Assembly (NCBI GenBank): GCA_018816805.1
Contig: JAHIVE010000005.1
Coordinates: 39,102 to 103,101, forward strand
Direction of reading: 5' to 3'
DNA from: Patescibacteria group bacterium
GTDB taxonomy: Bacteria > Patescibacteriota > Gracilibacteria > UBA1369 > 2-02-FULL-48-14
Length of the DNA stretch: 64,000 nt
The notes beneath the pieces are model-generated. The model was not told where the DNA came from. It saw only the letters and a program-made list of their open reading frames with translations, and made no database searches. Below are positions 51,746-60,796 of the stretch, piece by piece. Made by a program: the position numbers and the translations under genes. Within the stretch, counting starts at the first letter, position 1; each line of letters begins with the position of its first letter.

Positions 51746-53395
51746 TCAAACCGCCTCCACCTTCACTCTCTTGCTCTGATACTTTCCATTCCCCATAGAG
51801 CGAATGATTTTGTCGTGATACCGGCTGTCCGCCTCAAAAACCGTAAAATCCGCATCAACCTGAATACCGCCAATTTCAATTCCTCTAAGGTTTTGATTCC
51901 CATTCACAAGCCCAAACAGCCCCTTTGGCCCAAACCCATCTTTCTTCCCAACATTCAATTTATAACGCTTCAATTTTATATTTTTCTTTTCACGACTAAA
52001 GTCACGCCCACGCCCCCGCTCACGTCCTCGTTCGCGGCCTCCGCGCTCATCACCATAAGACCTCTGAGTTGAAATGTCAGAAACCCGTGAATAATGACTC
52101 AAAAACCTGTTAAATTCCACAGAAACAAAGTGCTGAACCAGCTCTTCAACTGAAAGTCCGGAAAGCTCTTCATAAATTGCTGGCAAATACGGGGCCAATT
52201 TTTCCAAATCAACCTCGGTCGTTTTCACAGTATGAACAAGGTTCATAAGCTGCGCCTCGCAAATTTCTTTCCCCGTTGGCACATGAATTTCTTCAAATTT
52301 CTGCCGCATCAAACTCTCAATTCGTCTAAGTTTACCTCTTTCCTTCATATTGATAACGGTAAGCGAAACCCCGGTTTTCCCGGCTCGCCCCGTTCGTCCA
52401 CTTCTGTGAACATAAAGCTCCGGACTATCCGGCAAATCAAAATTTATTACATGGGTAAGGTCATTCACATCAATCCCACGCGCCGCCACATCCGTAGCCA
52501 CCAAAATTTGAATATGCTTATCACGAAACCTGGCCATGGCCTCACTTCGCTCATCTTGAGAAATATCCCCGTGAATAGCCTGCGCCGAATAATTATCCGC
52601 AATCAATTTGGCCGCAATATCTTTGGTTTCTCGCCTCGTTCTACAAAAAACAATCCCGTAAACATCCGGATTCACATCCAAAAGGCGCCTAAGCGCCGCA
52701 TATCTATCCCGAGCATGAACTGTCACAAATTTATGTTCAACCGTGTCCGCACCCTGGTTCTGGGCCGCAACTCTAATCTCACGCGGATTTTTCATCTGTT
52801 TTTGTGCAACTTTAGAAATCCACGGTGACATTGTCGCGGAAAAAAGCAGAGTCTGCTTTTCTTCCGGCGTTGTTTCCAAAATCTCATCCAAATCCTCCTT
52901 AAAACCCTTATCCAGCATATCATCCGCCTCATCCAAAATCAGCCATTTAATTTCATTAATCTTAAGTTTCCCTCGACTGATCAAATCTTTAACTCGGCCC
53001 GGCGTCCCAACCACAATTTGCGCCCCCTCCTGAAGTTTTCTAACCTGCAAATACATACTGCTTCCACCATAAATAGCCGCAGCTTTAATGTGGGGAAGGT
53101 ACTTACTAAATGCCCCAATATCTTTTGTAATTTGCATACAAAGCTCTCGCGTTGGGCAAAGCACAATTGCCTGCACATTTTTTTGCGAAGGATCAATTTT
53201 AGACAAAATTGGCAACCCAAAAGCTGCCGTTTTCCCCGTTCCGGTCTGCGCCAAGCCAATTAAATCATTCTCACCCGACAAAATAAAAGGAATAGCCTGA
53301 CTTTGAATTGGAGTCGGGCTCTCAAAACCAAGGTCATTAAGACCGTGCAAAATTTCAGGGCTAAGCCCCATTGAATCGAATTGTGTGTTTGACAT
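51746..53395 (-). CDS. DEAD-box ATP-dependent RNA helicase with a DbpA-type C-terminal RNA-binding domain
   Basis: AQTGTGKTAAF, LILDEADDML, SAT, HRSGRTGRAG; C-terminal YKLNVGKKDGFGPKGLFG. ATG 53395 (MSNTQFDSMGL) is preferred over 53428. Confidence 0.9.
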   Translation of the reverse strand: MSNTQFDSMGLSPEILHGLNDLGFESPTPIQSQAIPFILSGENDLIGLAQTGTGKTAAFGLPILSKIDPSQKNVQAIVLCPTRELCMQITKDIGAFSKYLPHIKAAAIYGGSSMYLQVRKLQEGAQIVVGTPGRVKDLISRGKLKINEIKWLILDEADDMLDKGFKEDLDEILETTPEEKQTLLFSATMSPWISKVAQKQMKNPREIRVAAQNQGADTVEHKFVTVHARDRYAALRRLLDVNPDVYGIVFCRTRRETKDIAAKLIADNYSAQAIHGDISQDERSEAMARFRDKHIQILVATDVAARGIDVNDLTHVINFDLPDSPELYVHRSGRTGRAGKTGVSLTVINMKERGKLRRIESLMRQKFEEIHVPTGKEICEAQLMNLVHTVKTTEVDLEKLAPYLPAIYEELSGLSVEELVQHFVSVEFNRFLSHYSRVSDISTQRSYGDERGGRERGRERGRGRDFSREKKNIKLKRYKLNVGKKDGFGPKGLFGLVNGNQNLRGIEIGGIQVDADFTVFEADSRYHDKIIRSMGNGKYQSKRVKVEAV

Positions 53396-53618
53396 CTGAA
53401 AAAAAATTAGTGAGTCGCTACAGAGCACCGACCTCCTAATTTTCCCGTGGAAGCACTTATGACCTGATACGTTAACTTAAACATATAACAAAAAATACCA
53501 TTAGTCAAGCATCTATTTGGATTCAAATATGGCTGTCCTTCTATGAAGAAGTTGAATACGTATTTTTATCGTTCTTTTATACTTTATAAACAGCTATTAA
53601 ATCTGTTAAACTAAACCT

Positions 53619-54659
53619 ATGAAAAAAAATATTCTTCAAAGTTACAGGTTAAAGAAAGGAGACATAATTGCAGTAGTGGCGCCATCTTCAGGGAAAGCAT
53701 ACGAATTCCCACGCCTATTCAAAGAAGGCCTTGAAAACATTGAAAAGATTTTTGGGCTCAAAGTCAAAGAGTACCCAACTACAAAAATGTGCAGTGAAGA
53801 ACTCTCCAAACGACCCGATTTAAGAGCAAAGGACATTAATGATGCATTTGCTGACTCAAGCGTTAAAGGTGTGTTCACAACAATTGGCGGAGACGATTCA
53901 ATAAGGATACTTCCATTTTTAGATAAGCAGATTATCAAGAAAAATCCAAAGCTTTTTATGGGTTATTCAGACGCCACTGTACTCTTGGTTAACCTAAATC
54001 AAATGGGACTCATTACTTTTCATGGCCCATCAATAATGGCAGGATTTGCACAGGCAAAATATTTGCCAGATACATTTAAAGACCATATTGAAACAATTTT
54101 ATTTAATGAAATTGACAGCTATAACTATAAACCGTACGAACACTTCTGTGATGGTTACAAGGATTGGTCTGGCAAAGGTGCAAAAGGGGAAATAAATGAT
54201 CTTAAAAAGAATAAAGGATGGAATTGGATAAATGGTTCAGGTCAAACATCAGGCAAATTATTTGGTGGCTGCATCGAGGCACTTGAGTTTCTAAAAGGCA
54301 CTAAGTATTGGCCTACTGAAAAATTCTGGGACAACAAAGTATTATTCTTGGAAACTTCGGAGGAAAAACCAAGCATATCTCAAGTTAAATATATGTTAAG
54401 GAACTATGGCATGCAGGGAGTATTCAAAAAAATCTCCGCATTATTCTTTGGAAGAGCCAACTTTTATACTGATAGAGAAAAATCGGAGCTAGAAAAAATG
54501 ATAATCGAAATTGTTATTGGAGAGTTTGGAGCTAAGTCTATGCCAATTATAACAAATATGGATTTTGGCCATACAGATCCACAGCTAATTCTCCCTTTGG
54601 GACTAGAAGTCTTGATAAATACAGACAAAAAGACAATAAAACTAAATGCTATGGGGTAG
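53619..54659 (+). CDS. S66-family LD-carboxypeptidase (LdcA/MccF-like)
   Basis: GDIIAVVAPSS, GGDDSIR, the GYSDAT nucleophile motif, and the FGHT histidine near the C-terminus. Confidence 0.82.
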   Translation: MKKNILQSYRLKKGDIIAVVAPSSGKAYEFPRLFKEGLENIEKIFGLKVKEYPTTKMCSEELSKRPDLRAKDINDAFADSSVKGVFTTIGGDDSIRILPFLDKQIIKKNPKLFMGYSDATVLLVNLNQMGLITFHGPSIMAGFAQAKYLPDTFKDHIETILFNEIDSYNYKPYEHFCDGYKDWSGKGAKGEINDLKKNKGWNWINGSGQTSGKLFGGCIEALEFLKGTKYWPTEKFWDNKVLFLETSEEKPSISQVKYMLRNYGMQGVFKKISALFFGRANFYTDREKSELEKMIIEIVIGEFGAKSMPIITNMDFGHTDPQLILPLGLEVLINTDKKTIKLNAMG

Positions 54660-54809
54660 GAGCCCTTCTCCCAAATAAAACCTTGCGTGCTAACTGGCTG
54701 GCCAGTCGGGTCTAGTACCCTTTGGCTTGCATATTCTAGCGATCTCCGGAATGAGACACAGTTTTTGGGGTTCAGTCTTTTGCAAAATCATTGAGATATT
54801 CCAATGTTC

Positions 54810-54838
54810 TGAGTATGGAGACCTTGTCTCCATACTCA
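54810..54838. terminator. perfect 13-bp hairpin between convergent genes (no U-tract)
   Basis: TGAGTATGGAGAC, CTT, GTCTCCATACTCA. It abuts the stop codon of the minus-strand gene at 54839-54841. Confidence 0.35.
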
Positions 54839-55540
54839 TCAATAAAAAAGATCCTCCCTACAATAAACGGCATTAGGGTCACTACCGGCCCAATCATCTA
54901 CCGCACACCCATAATCACAATCTTTAATTAATTTGCTTTCACCAAATAGATCTAAGGCATAAACCTTTGTATAAGCTCCACACCCATCGCCTCCGCCACA
55001 TGTATAAATCACATTTCTATCAACATAACCCAAAATAGAACAAGCATAAATATCTCCCAAAGGCTTGAAGCTCTGGAAATCTGTAATTAATTGCTCTTCT
55101 GGCTCTTCATCCCATGCTTTAGAAACATTTAAAAAGACCCCAATTACATTATTCCCCTCCTCAAAATTACCTAAAAACGAAAAGACCAGCATCTGATTAT
55201 AGTTGCACAAATTTAAAACAGAACTTTTTCTCACAAAATCTAAAAACTCCGGTATTTCAAACAGATCATTTATCATTTTTACCTCCAAAACATTTGTATC
55301 AGGGAACGTGGCCAAAACATTCTCAAGAGTAAACTTCTCAGAACTATAAGAGCTAAGACAATATGGAGGTTCCATTCTCAATAATTCGGCCCCTGACACT
55401 TCTGTCTCTTCAACAACTTCCTCAACCAGCTCATCTGAAACAAGCACCTCATTACTAGCCTCTGGCACAGGTGCGAATAGAAAATAAGCAAGCAAAATCC
55501 CAGCCCCAAACCCAAACATTAAAGTAAAAAAATACTTCAT
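54839..55540 (-). CDS. hypothetical membrane-anchored protein
   Basis: N-terminal TM segment (MKYFFTLMFGFGAGILLAYFLF) and a Cys-containing C-terminal region, with no motif. ATG 55540 is preferred over 55573. Confidence 0.5.
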   Translation of the reverse strand: MKYFFTLMFGFGAGILLAYFLFAPVPEASNEVLVSDELVEEVVEETEVSGAELLRMEPPYCLSSYSSEKFTLENVLATFPDTNVLEVKMINDLFEIPEFLDFVRKSSVLNLCNYNQMLVFSFLGNFEEGNNVIGVFLNVSKAWDEEPEEQLITDFQSFKPLGDIYACSILGYVDRNVIYTCGGGDGCGAYTKVYALDLFGESKLIKDCDYGCAVDDWAGSDPNAVYCREDLFY

Positions 55541-55614
55541 TTCATCAAAGTTAACAAAATCATTAAAACACAAAACACGGATTTAACAAACATGAATGCC
55601 AACGCTAATACTGT

Positions 55615-55629
55615 CTGGGGCGCAGGGAT
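55615..55629 (-). repeat. 15-nt duplicate of the tRNA-Gln 3' end (att-like direct repeat)
   Basis: CTGGGGCGCAGGGAT at 55615-55629 is identical to 55904-55918 inside tRNA-Gln, in the same orientation. Confidence 0.7.
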
Positions 55630-55656
55630 GACGCTCACTTCGTTCGCTAAACGCTC

Positions 55657-55686
55657 GGTCTAGTTGTGCGTGCGCACAACTAGATC
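55657..55686. other. GC-rich palindromic hairpin (about 13 bp stem)
   Basis: GGTCTAGTTGTGCG / TGCGCACAACTAGATC. The central CTAGTTGTGCG and CGCACAACTAG are perfectly complementary. Confidence 0.6.
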
Positions 55687-55864
55687 TCGCTTACGAACTC
55701 CTGGGGTTCTCATCCCAATCCGCTTCGCATAATTTAAATAAGGTGAGTGAAAAATTATTGAGCGCGCGAAGCCTTTTTTCAGCGGGTCTCGTGGGGCCCG
55801 ATGACAAAAAAAGGCGAGCTAAGCGAAAGCATTTTTCACGAACAACCTCATCCTAAAGAGAGCC

Positions 55865-55895
55865 CACGAGAGGAAACCGGAGGTGTCCTTTCGTG
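55865..55895 (+). other. 10-bp hairpin adjacent to the tRNA-Gln 3' end
   Basis: CACGAGAGGA, 11-nt loop, TCCTTTCGTG. It has one G-U pair when read on the plus strand and an A-C mismatch on the minus strand. Confidence 0.45.
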
Positions 55896-55900
55896 CTATT

Positions 55901-55974
55901 TGGCTGGGGCGCAGGGATTCGAACCCCGGATGCCGGGACCAAAACCCGGTGCCTTACCACTTGGCTACGCCCCA
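55901..55974 (-). tRNA. tRNA-Gln (UUG), CCA encoded
   Basis: The minus strand reads TGGGGCGTAGCCAAGTGGTAAGGCACCGGGTTTTGGTCCCGGCATCCGGGGTTCGAATCCCTGCGCCCCAGCCA. It has a U1-A72 pair, anticodon loop TTTTGGT and discriminator G, and closely resembles E. coli tRNA-Gln. Confidence 0.9.
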
Positions 55975-56079
55975 AAACTATACTCACGCTAATTAAGCGC
56001 TCTGCAAATCTAATAAAACCATTCGCTAAAGTCAATTCGACTGCTATAATTATCCTGCAGTTTTTTTTGAAATCTCGCC

Positions 56080-56490
56080 ATGCCAATAATAAAAAGCACA
56101 AAAAAAACCAAAGAATTTGAAATCCTGCTTGGAGAATTTTTGGTGGCAATAATTTTTGGTGCAATCGGAACGGCATTAGGTTTCATACTAATAAAAGCCT
56201 TTCATCTGACAAACACTTTTATGGGGCTGGATTTACTAAAAATTGAAGATCTCCACATGCCGGGTACAATTTTTGCATTAATAGGGGAGTCTTTGGGGGC
56301 AATTATTGGAGTATTTTTTGTCAGCAAACTAATTGAATCAAAAGGCCATTTCATGAAAGGACTGATAATCGCAGTTGTAATGGGAATAGGCTCTATTTAT
56401 CTAATTAGAGTTTTCGGTTCAAATTTATTTCTGCTGCCGTTTATTTTAACCGCATTTGGAGCGACTTTCGGCTACAATCACGGAGACTGA
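56080..56490 (+). CDS. hypothetical membrane protein (4 TM)
   Basis: Hydrophobic 136-aa ORF with no motif. Confidence 0.45.
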   Translation: MPIIKSTKKTKEFEILLGEFLVAIIFGAIGTALGFILIKAFHLTNTFMGLDLLKIEDLHMPGTIFALIGESLGAIIGVFFVSKLIESKGHFMKGLIIAVVMGIGSIYLIRVFGSNLFLLPFILTAFGATFGYNHGD

Positions 56491-57995
56491 AGCAAAGCAT
56501 TCTGCAAGTCTTTAATTGTAGATTCCATGTCCTCTTGTATCATTTTGACATACTGTTCCGGCAAAGAATTCACTGGCACCTCTTCCAAAGGCAAGTAGAG
56601 TAGAGGGTCAACCAAAACACCACTTTGCCAAACCTCAAAATGAACATGAGGTCCCGTTGTTCTATACCCGGAACCAACCGTATTTGGTGTACCTCCGGAA
56701 AGTGCAATAATTTGCCCCTGTTTTACATATTCACCGGGCTCAACTAAAGGTTCGGAAACATGTCCAACAACCGTCATTACACCCTTTCTGTGCGCAATCA
56801 TCACATAAGCGTAATTAGTTGAATTTTCCTTAAACACAACCTTATAAACAACCCCATCCGCAGGCGCAAAAATTGTACTGCCCTGATTAGCGCGAATATC
56901 AACCGCATGGTGCTGCACACCAAAGACTCTTACATAATTACTGTCACTAAAAAATGCTGTTAGCCCTTTCCCGGGTGAAACCGGCCACTGCAAATCAATT
57001 GAACTGGCAGCGTCAGAAACTGCAAAATTTTCCAAAGCATCTGTTTCAATCTGATCAATTATTGCTTGTTGATCTTCGGTTAACACACTCCTAATATCCA
57101 TCATTTTCCCTTCCATGATCTTCACATTTTCCTCATATATTTCAATTTCCCGTTGTATATCTTCAGCTTTTTCATCTGCTGTTACCAACATGGACTCGTA
57201 AATCAATTTTTCTTCTTTTGTTTCATTCAAAACATTTTGTTTTGCATTCCGTTCTTCAACTTGAGCCTGCAATTCTTCCTTAAGCTCAGAATCCATTCTA
57301 TCCAGCTCAGTTCGCTTTTCTCTCAAATCATTTCGTTTGCCTTTCAACTGAAAATCCAAATCTGCCAATTTTTTAATTTGAGATTGGTTTTCATTCTCAA
57401 TCAAATTCAAATAAGTGACTTTTTGGAGTGTCTCAGAAATCGAATCGGGACTGACAAGTACCTTAACCGGATTTACACCTTCATCGTCATAAAACACATC
57501 TCTTTTCACATACAAAAGTCGCATCAAATCTTGAACAACTTCCTTCTGATCCTCAAATTGTAGTTCAAGAACCAGTACTTCTTCTTCAATATCTGAAATC
57601 TCCATTTCCCCTCGTTCAACCTGGGTTTTCACACTACGAATTTTATTCATAGTGTCATCAATAGTGTCATTCAAATTCACAATTTCCTCCTCAAGAACAG
57701 CAACCGTGTCCTCAAGTTGAACAAGCCCCTCTTTGGCGACTTCCATATTATTCTGCAATACAAAATATCTATATCTTGATTGCGCCAAATGTTTTTTGAG
57801 CTGTACAAGTAATGTGCTTTCCTTAACAGCCTGATTAATAACTTCAGAATCCACAACCTCAGTGTCGTTGACTTTCACAGGCTCACTTTCCAAAACCTTG
57901 TCTGCGCTGTCAGAAGTGCTGCCGGTATCATCCGCAAGCGCAAACGGTGCGAATACAAGCAGCGAAATTAATATCAGAGAAACAAATTTTTTCAT
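56478..57995 (-). CDS. M23-family metallopeptidase with an N-terminal coiled coil (EnvC/LytM-like murein hydrolase or activator)
   Basis: Signal peptide, a long coiled coil, then a C-terminal LytM domain with HHAVDI and GPHVHFEV. Confidence 0.85.
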   Translation of the reverse strand: MKKFVSLILISLLVFAPFALADDTGSTSDSADKVLESEPVKVNDTEVVDSEVINQAVKESTLLVQLKKHLAQSRYRYFVLQNNMEVAKEGLVQLEDTVAVLEEEIVNLNDTIDDTMNKIRSVKTQVERGEMEISDIEEEVLVLELQFEDQKEVVQDLMRLLYVKRDVFYDDEGVNPVKVLVSPDSISETLQKVTYLNLIENENQSQIKKLADLDFQLKGKRNDLREKRTELDRMDSELKEELQAQVEERNAKQNVLNETKEEKLIYESMLVTADEKAEDIQREIEIYEENVKIMEGKMMDIRSVLTEDQQAIIDQIETDALENFAVSDAASSIDLQWPVSPGKGLTAFFSDSNYVRVFGVQHHAVDIRANQGSTIFAPADGVVYKVVFKENSTNYAYVMIAHRKGVMTVVGHVSEPLVEPGEYVKQGQIIALSGGTPNTVGSGYRTTGPHVHFEVWQSGVLVDPLLYLPLEEVPVNSLPEQYVKMIQEDMESTIKDLQNALLQSP

Positions 57996-58061
57996 ACGTG
58001 GTTTAATCTGTTAATTATAGCATATTTCACCTGTTTATTCAAGTATCCTGGTGAAAAAACC

Positions 58062-58090
58062 TTGCAATTATCTTTAAATACCCTTAAAAT
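58062..58090 (+). promoter_or_regulatory. sigma70-like promoter candidate for rpmA
   Basis: TTGCAA (58062-58067), 17 nt, TAAAAT (58085-58090), 28 nt upstream of ATG 58119. Confidence 0.5.
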
Positions 58091-58118
58091 CCGCATGCTT
58101 TTTTACTTTTACCTTAAA

Positions 58119-58391
58119 ATGGCACATAAGAAGGCCGCAGGGTCATCCAAGAACGGTCGCGATTCGGTCTCCAAGCGCTTAGGTGTTAAACGCTTTGGAG
58201 GTCAAAAAGTATCAGCAGGTTCTATTCTCGTTCGTCAGAAGGGGACAAAGTGGCATGCAGGTGAAAATGTAAGAATGGGGCGCGACTTTACACTCTTTGC
58301 AGTTATAGATGGAGAAGTGAAATTTACTGAAAAAAGACAGAAAAAATTCAACGGCCAAATGCACAAGGACACATTGGTCCATGTAATGTAA
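58119..58391 (+). CDS. rpmA: 50S ribosomal protein L27
   Basis: [50 protein letters not shown] 58119 is preferred; the track start at 58062 coincides with the -35 box. Confidence 0.92.
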   Translation: MAHKKAAGSSKNGRDSVSKRLGVKRFGGQKVSAGSILVRQKGTKWHAGENVRMGRDFTLFAVIDGEVKFTEKRQKKFNGQMHKDTLVHVM

Positions 58392-58468
58392 TTTTGCTGT
58401 CATAAAATTTGCTATCAACAGGAAAAAAAGCTATCCTTACAGGGTAGTTTATTTTTAACCAAAAGATT

Positions 58469-58726
58469 ATGAAACTCCACGCATTCGCCCTATCTTTGAC
58501 TCTTGGTCTTTGCTGGGCACTAACAATTTTTATAAGCACATTATTGGCCGTTAAGACCGGTTATTTAGAGGATCCTCTATTTTTAGTGACAAAAATATAT
58601 CCAGGTTATGATTTGTCATATCAAGGAGCTTTTGTAGGAATGGTATGGGCTTTTGCTGATGCATTTATTGGCACATATATTTGCGTATCAGTGTATAACT
58701 TCTTTGTTAAAAAACTAAAAAAATAA
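58469..58726 (+). CDS. hypothetical small membrane protein (85 aa)
   Basis: Two to three hydrophobic segments and no recognised motif. Confidence 0.45.
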   Translation: MKLHAFALSLTLGLCWALTIFISTLLAVKTGYLEDPLFLVTKIYPGYDLSYQGAFVGMVWAFADAFIGTYICVSVYNFFVKKLKK

Positions 58727-58729
58727 TTA

Positions 58730-59395
58730 ATGACAATAGAATCCTTTTTTGGTCTTGAAGAAGGTGAATCGCAAGGCTCAGCCGAAGCAGCTGAAAAGTT
58801 TCGCGAACAATTGAAAAAAAATGCGACAGCAATCAAGGCCATGACTGGTCACCAAAAGAAGCAGAAAAAAAAGGAAGAAGAATTGGCAAAAATTCTTACC
58901 GCTTACATTAAAGATCAAAGTAAATCTGATATGGTTTTCTTAATCATTAGATTACTTCAAGAAAATATTCCCGGTGCATTCATTTTGGCAGTGCTTTTGA
59001 TATCGGATTCCCGTCTGGAGCATGAACTGAAAGTTGATTTAAAATCAAAAAATGCATCAGACACAACACTTACAAGCTTTGCAGGCGTTGCCTCATTACC
59101 TGAAAATGTAAAAGCAGAGCTCAACGCTTGGGGGGATGAAATTTTAAAAGCCGGCCTTTTACGCCCCACAAAAACATTAGAAAGTGTTTTGACGCCGGAG
59201 CACAAACTTAAATCAATTGTTTTAGACTTAATCGACTACGCGCTGGAAGAATATTTTGAAAGAATCTCAATGAAATTCTCAGAAGACAAAATTCGCCAAT
59301 TTGCACTGTTAAGCATACAATCTGTCTTAATAAAACTAAAAGAAGAAGCCAAAAAACAAACCGACATAGAAATTATTGAAACGCCAATAGAATAA
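58730..59395 (+). CDS. hypothetical protein (221 aa)
   Basis: ORF 3 nt downstream of the preceding gene, with no motif. Confidence 0.45.
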   Translation: MTIESFFGLEEGESQGSAEAAEKFREQLKKNATAIKAMTGHQKKQKKKEEELAKILTAYIKDQSKSDMVFLIIRLLQENIPGAFILAVLLISDSRLEHELKVDLKSKNASDTTLTSFAGVASLPENVKAELNAWGDEILKAGLLRPTKTLESVLTPEHKLKSIVLDLIDYALEEYFERISMKFSEDKIRQFALLSIQSVLIKLKEEAKKQTDIEIIETPIE

Positions 59396-59404
59396 CTTCT
59401 CGCC

Positions 59405-60796
59405 ATGAAATCATCGCTCGGACTCATCGGTCTTGGGACTATGGGCAGTGCTCTTGCAAGAAACATAGCATCCCATGGATTCAAACTCAGTGTGTGGAAC
59501 AGAACTGAAGAAAAAATAAATAAATTCATCAATGAATTTGGCAAAGATAATTTCTATCCGTCTTTAAGCCTTGAAGATTTTGTAGAAAGTTTGGAAAAAC
59601 CAAGAAAAATAATAATCATGGTGCCAGCAGGTCCTCCAACCTTGGAAGTTATTAAAGACCTTTTACCGTTACTCGCTAAAGGAGACTCAATAATGGATGG
59701 CGGAAACGCATTTTTCAAAGACACAGAAGAAATTCAAATAGAGCTCCAAAAAATTGGCATTCAATACCTTGGAACCGGTATCTCAGGAGGTGAGGAAGGA
59801 GCACTGAAAGGGCCCAGCATAATGCCCGGCGGCACAAAAAAAGCATACTCTGCCTTTGAAACAGTGCTGCAAAAAATTGCCGCAGCAGATTTTTCCGGCA
59901 AATCTTGCGTTTCATACATGGGAAACGGAGGAGCGGGGCATTTTGTAAAAATGGTACATAACGGGATAGAATATGCAGAAATACAAATGCTGATTGAAGC
60001 TTACGACCTCCTAAAAAAACTCTACAAACTCCCAAATGAAGAAATTGCGAATATTTTTAAGAAAATGAATGAAGGCATTTTAGGGTCATTTTTGCTGGAA
60101 ATTTCTATTGAAGTATTGCAAAAAAAAGAAGATGGCCAAGATCTACTAGATTTAATTTTAGACACGGCGGGTCAAAAAGGCACAGGCACTTGGACGGCTG
60201 AAGAAGCCCTCAAACTTGAAGTTCCTATACCAACAATCTTATCGGCCGTATTCGTACGCCAAATCTCAAATGAAACTCAAAAGAGGAAACAACTTGAATC
60301 TCTGTATCCAATTCAAGAAAGAACGCCAAATTTAACAATTTCCGAATTTTCAGAGCACTTGGAAAACGCATTAATTACAACAAGACTTTTAAATTACGAA
60401 CAGGGTTTTGAACTTCTTAAAAAAGCGGACAAAACTTACAAATTTAATCTAAATTTTGCAGAAATCGCGCGGGTTTGGCAGGGGGGCTGCATTATTAGAT
60501 CAAAAATATTAAAAGACATTCACACCGCGCAAAAGAAACATTTAAACAGCTTATTACAGTCAGATTTTGCCCATAATTCAATAGTAAAAAATATTAAGAG
60601 TCTTCGCCTTATCACTCAAACCGCAATAGATTTTAACGTCACCGTGCCAGCTTTCTCTTCCGCAATTTATTACTTTGATGCAATAAGAAGATCCCGTCTC
60701 TCGGTAAACTTGCTTCAAGGTTTACGAGATAGATTTGGAGCACACGGCTATGCTCGAACAGACAAAGAAGGATTTTTTCACACAAAATGGCCATGA
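59405..60796 (+). CDS. gnd: 6-phosphogluconate dehydrogenase (decarboxylating)
   Basis: LGLIGLGTMGSALARNI Rossmann N-terminus, GGAGHFVKMVHNGIEYAEIQ, and RDRFGAHGY near the C-terminus. Confidence 0.92.
   Translation: MKSSLGLIGLGTMGSALARNIASHGFKLSVWNRTEEKINKFINEFGKDNFYPSLSLEDFVESLEKPRKIIIMVPAGPPTLEVIKDLLPLLAKGDSIMDGGNAFFKDTEEIQIELQKIGIQYLGTGISGGEEGALKGPSIMPGGTKKAYSAFETVLQKIAAADFSGKSCVSYMGNGGAGHFVKMVHNGIEYAEIQMLIEAYDLLKKLYKLPNEEIANIFKKMNEGILGSFLLEISIEVLQKKEDGQDLLDLILDTAGQKGTGTWTAEEALKLEVPIPTILSAVFVRQISNETQKRKQLESLYPIQERTPNLTISEFSEHLENALITTRLLNYEQGFELLKKADKTYKFNLNFAEIARVWQGGCIIRSKILKDIHTAQKKHLNSLLQSDFAHNSIVKNIKSLRLITQTAIDFNVTVPAFSSAIYYFDAIRRSRLSVNLLQGLRDRFGAHGYARTDKEGFFHTKWP

Noticed and set aside
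54660-54809. Relatively GC-rich 150-nt spacer after the LD-carboxypeptidase gene, containing the CTGGCCAG palindrome, as a possible small RNA.
   Set aside because: Apart from the terminal hairpin at 54810-54838, I could identify no extended helices or known motif. The evidence is too thin to report as a feature.
55977-56007. Minus-strand promoter pattern for tRNA-Gln (TTGCAG ... TATAGT).
   Set aside because: The spacer is 19 nt for TATAGT, and the -10 box would end only 3 nt from the mature tRNA 5' end, placing the start site inside the tRNA. It is not convincing.
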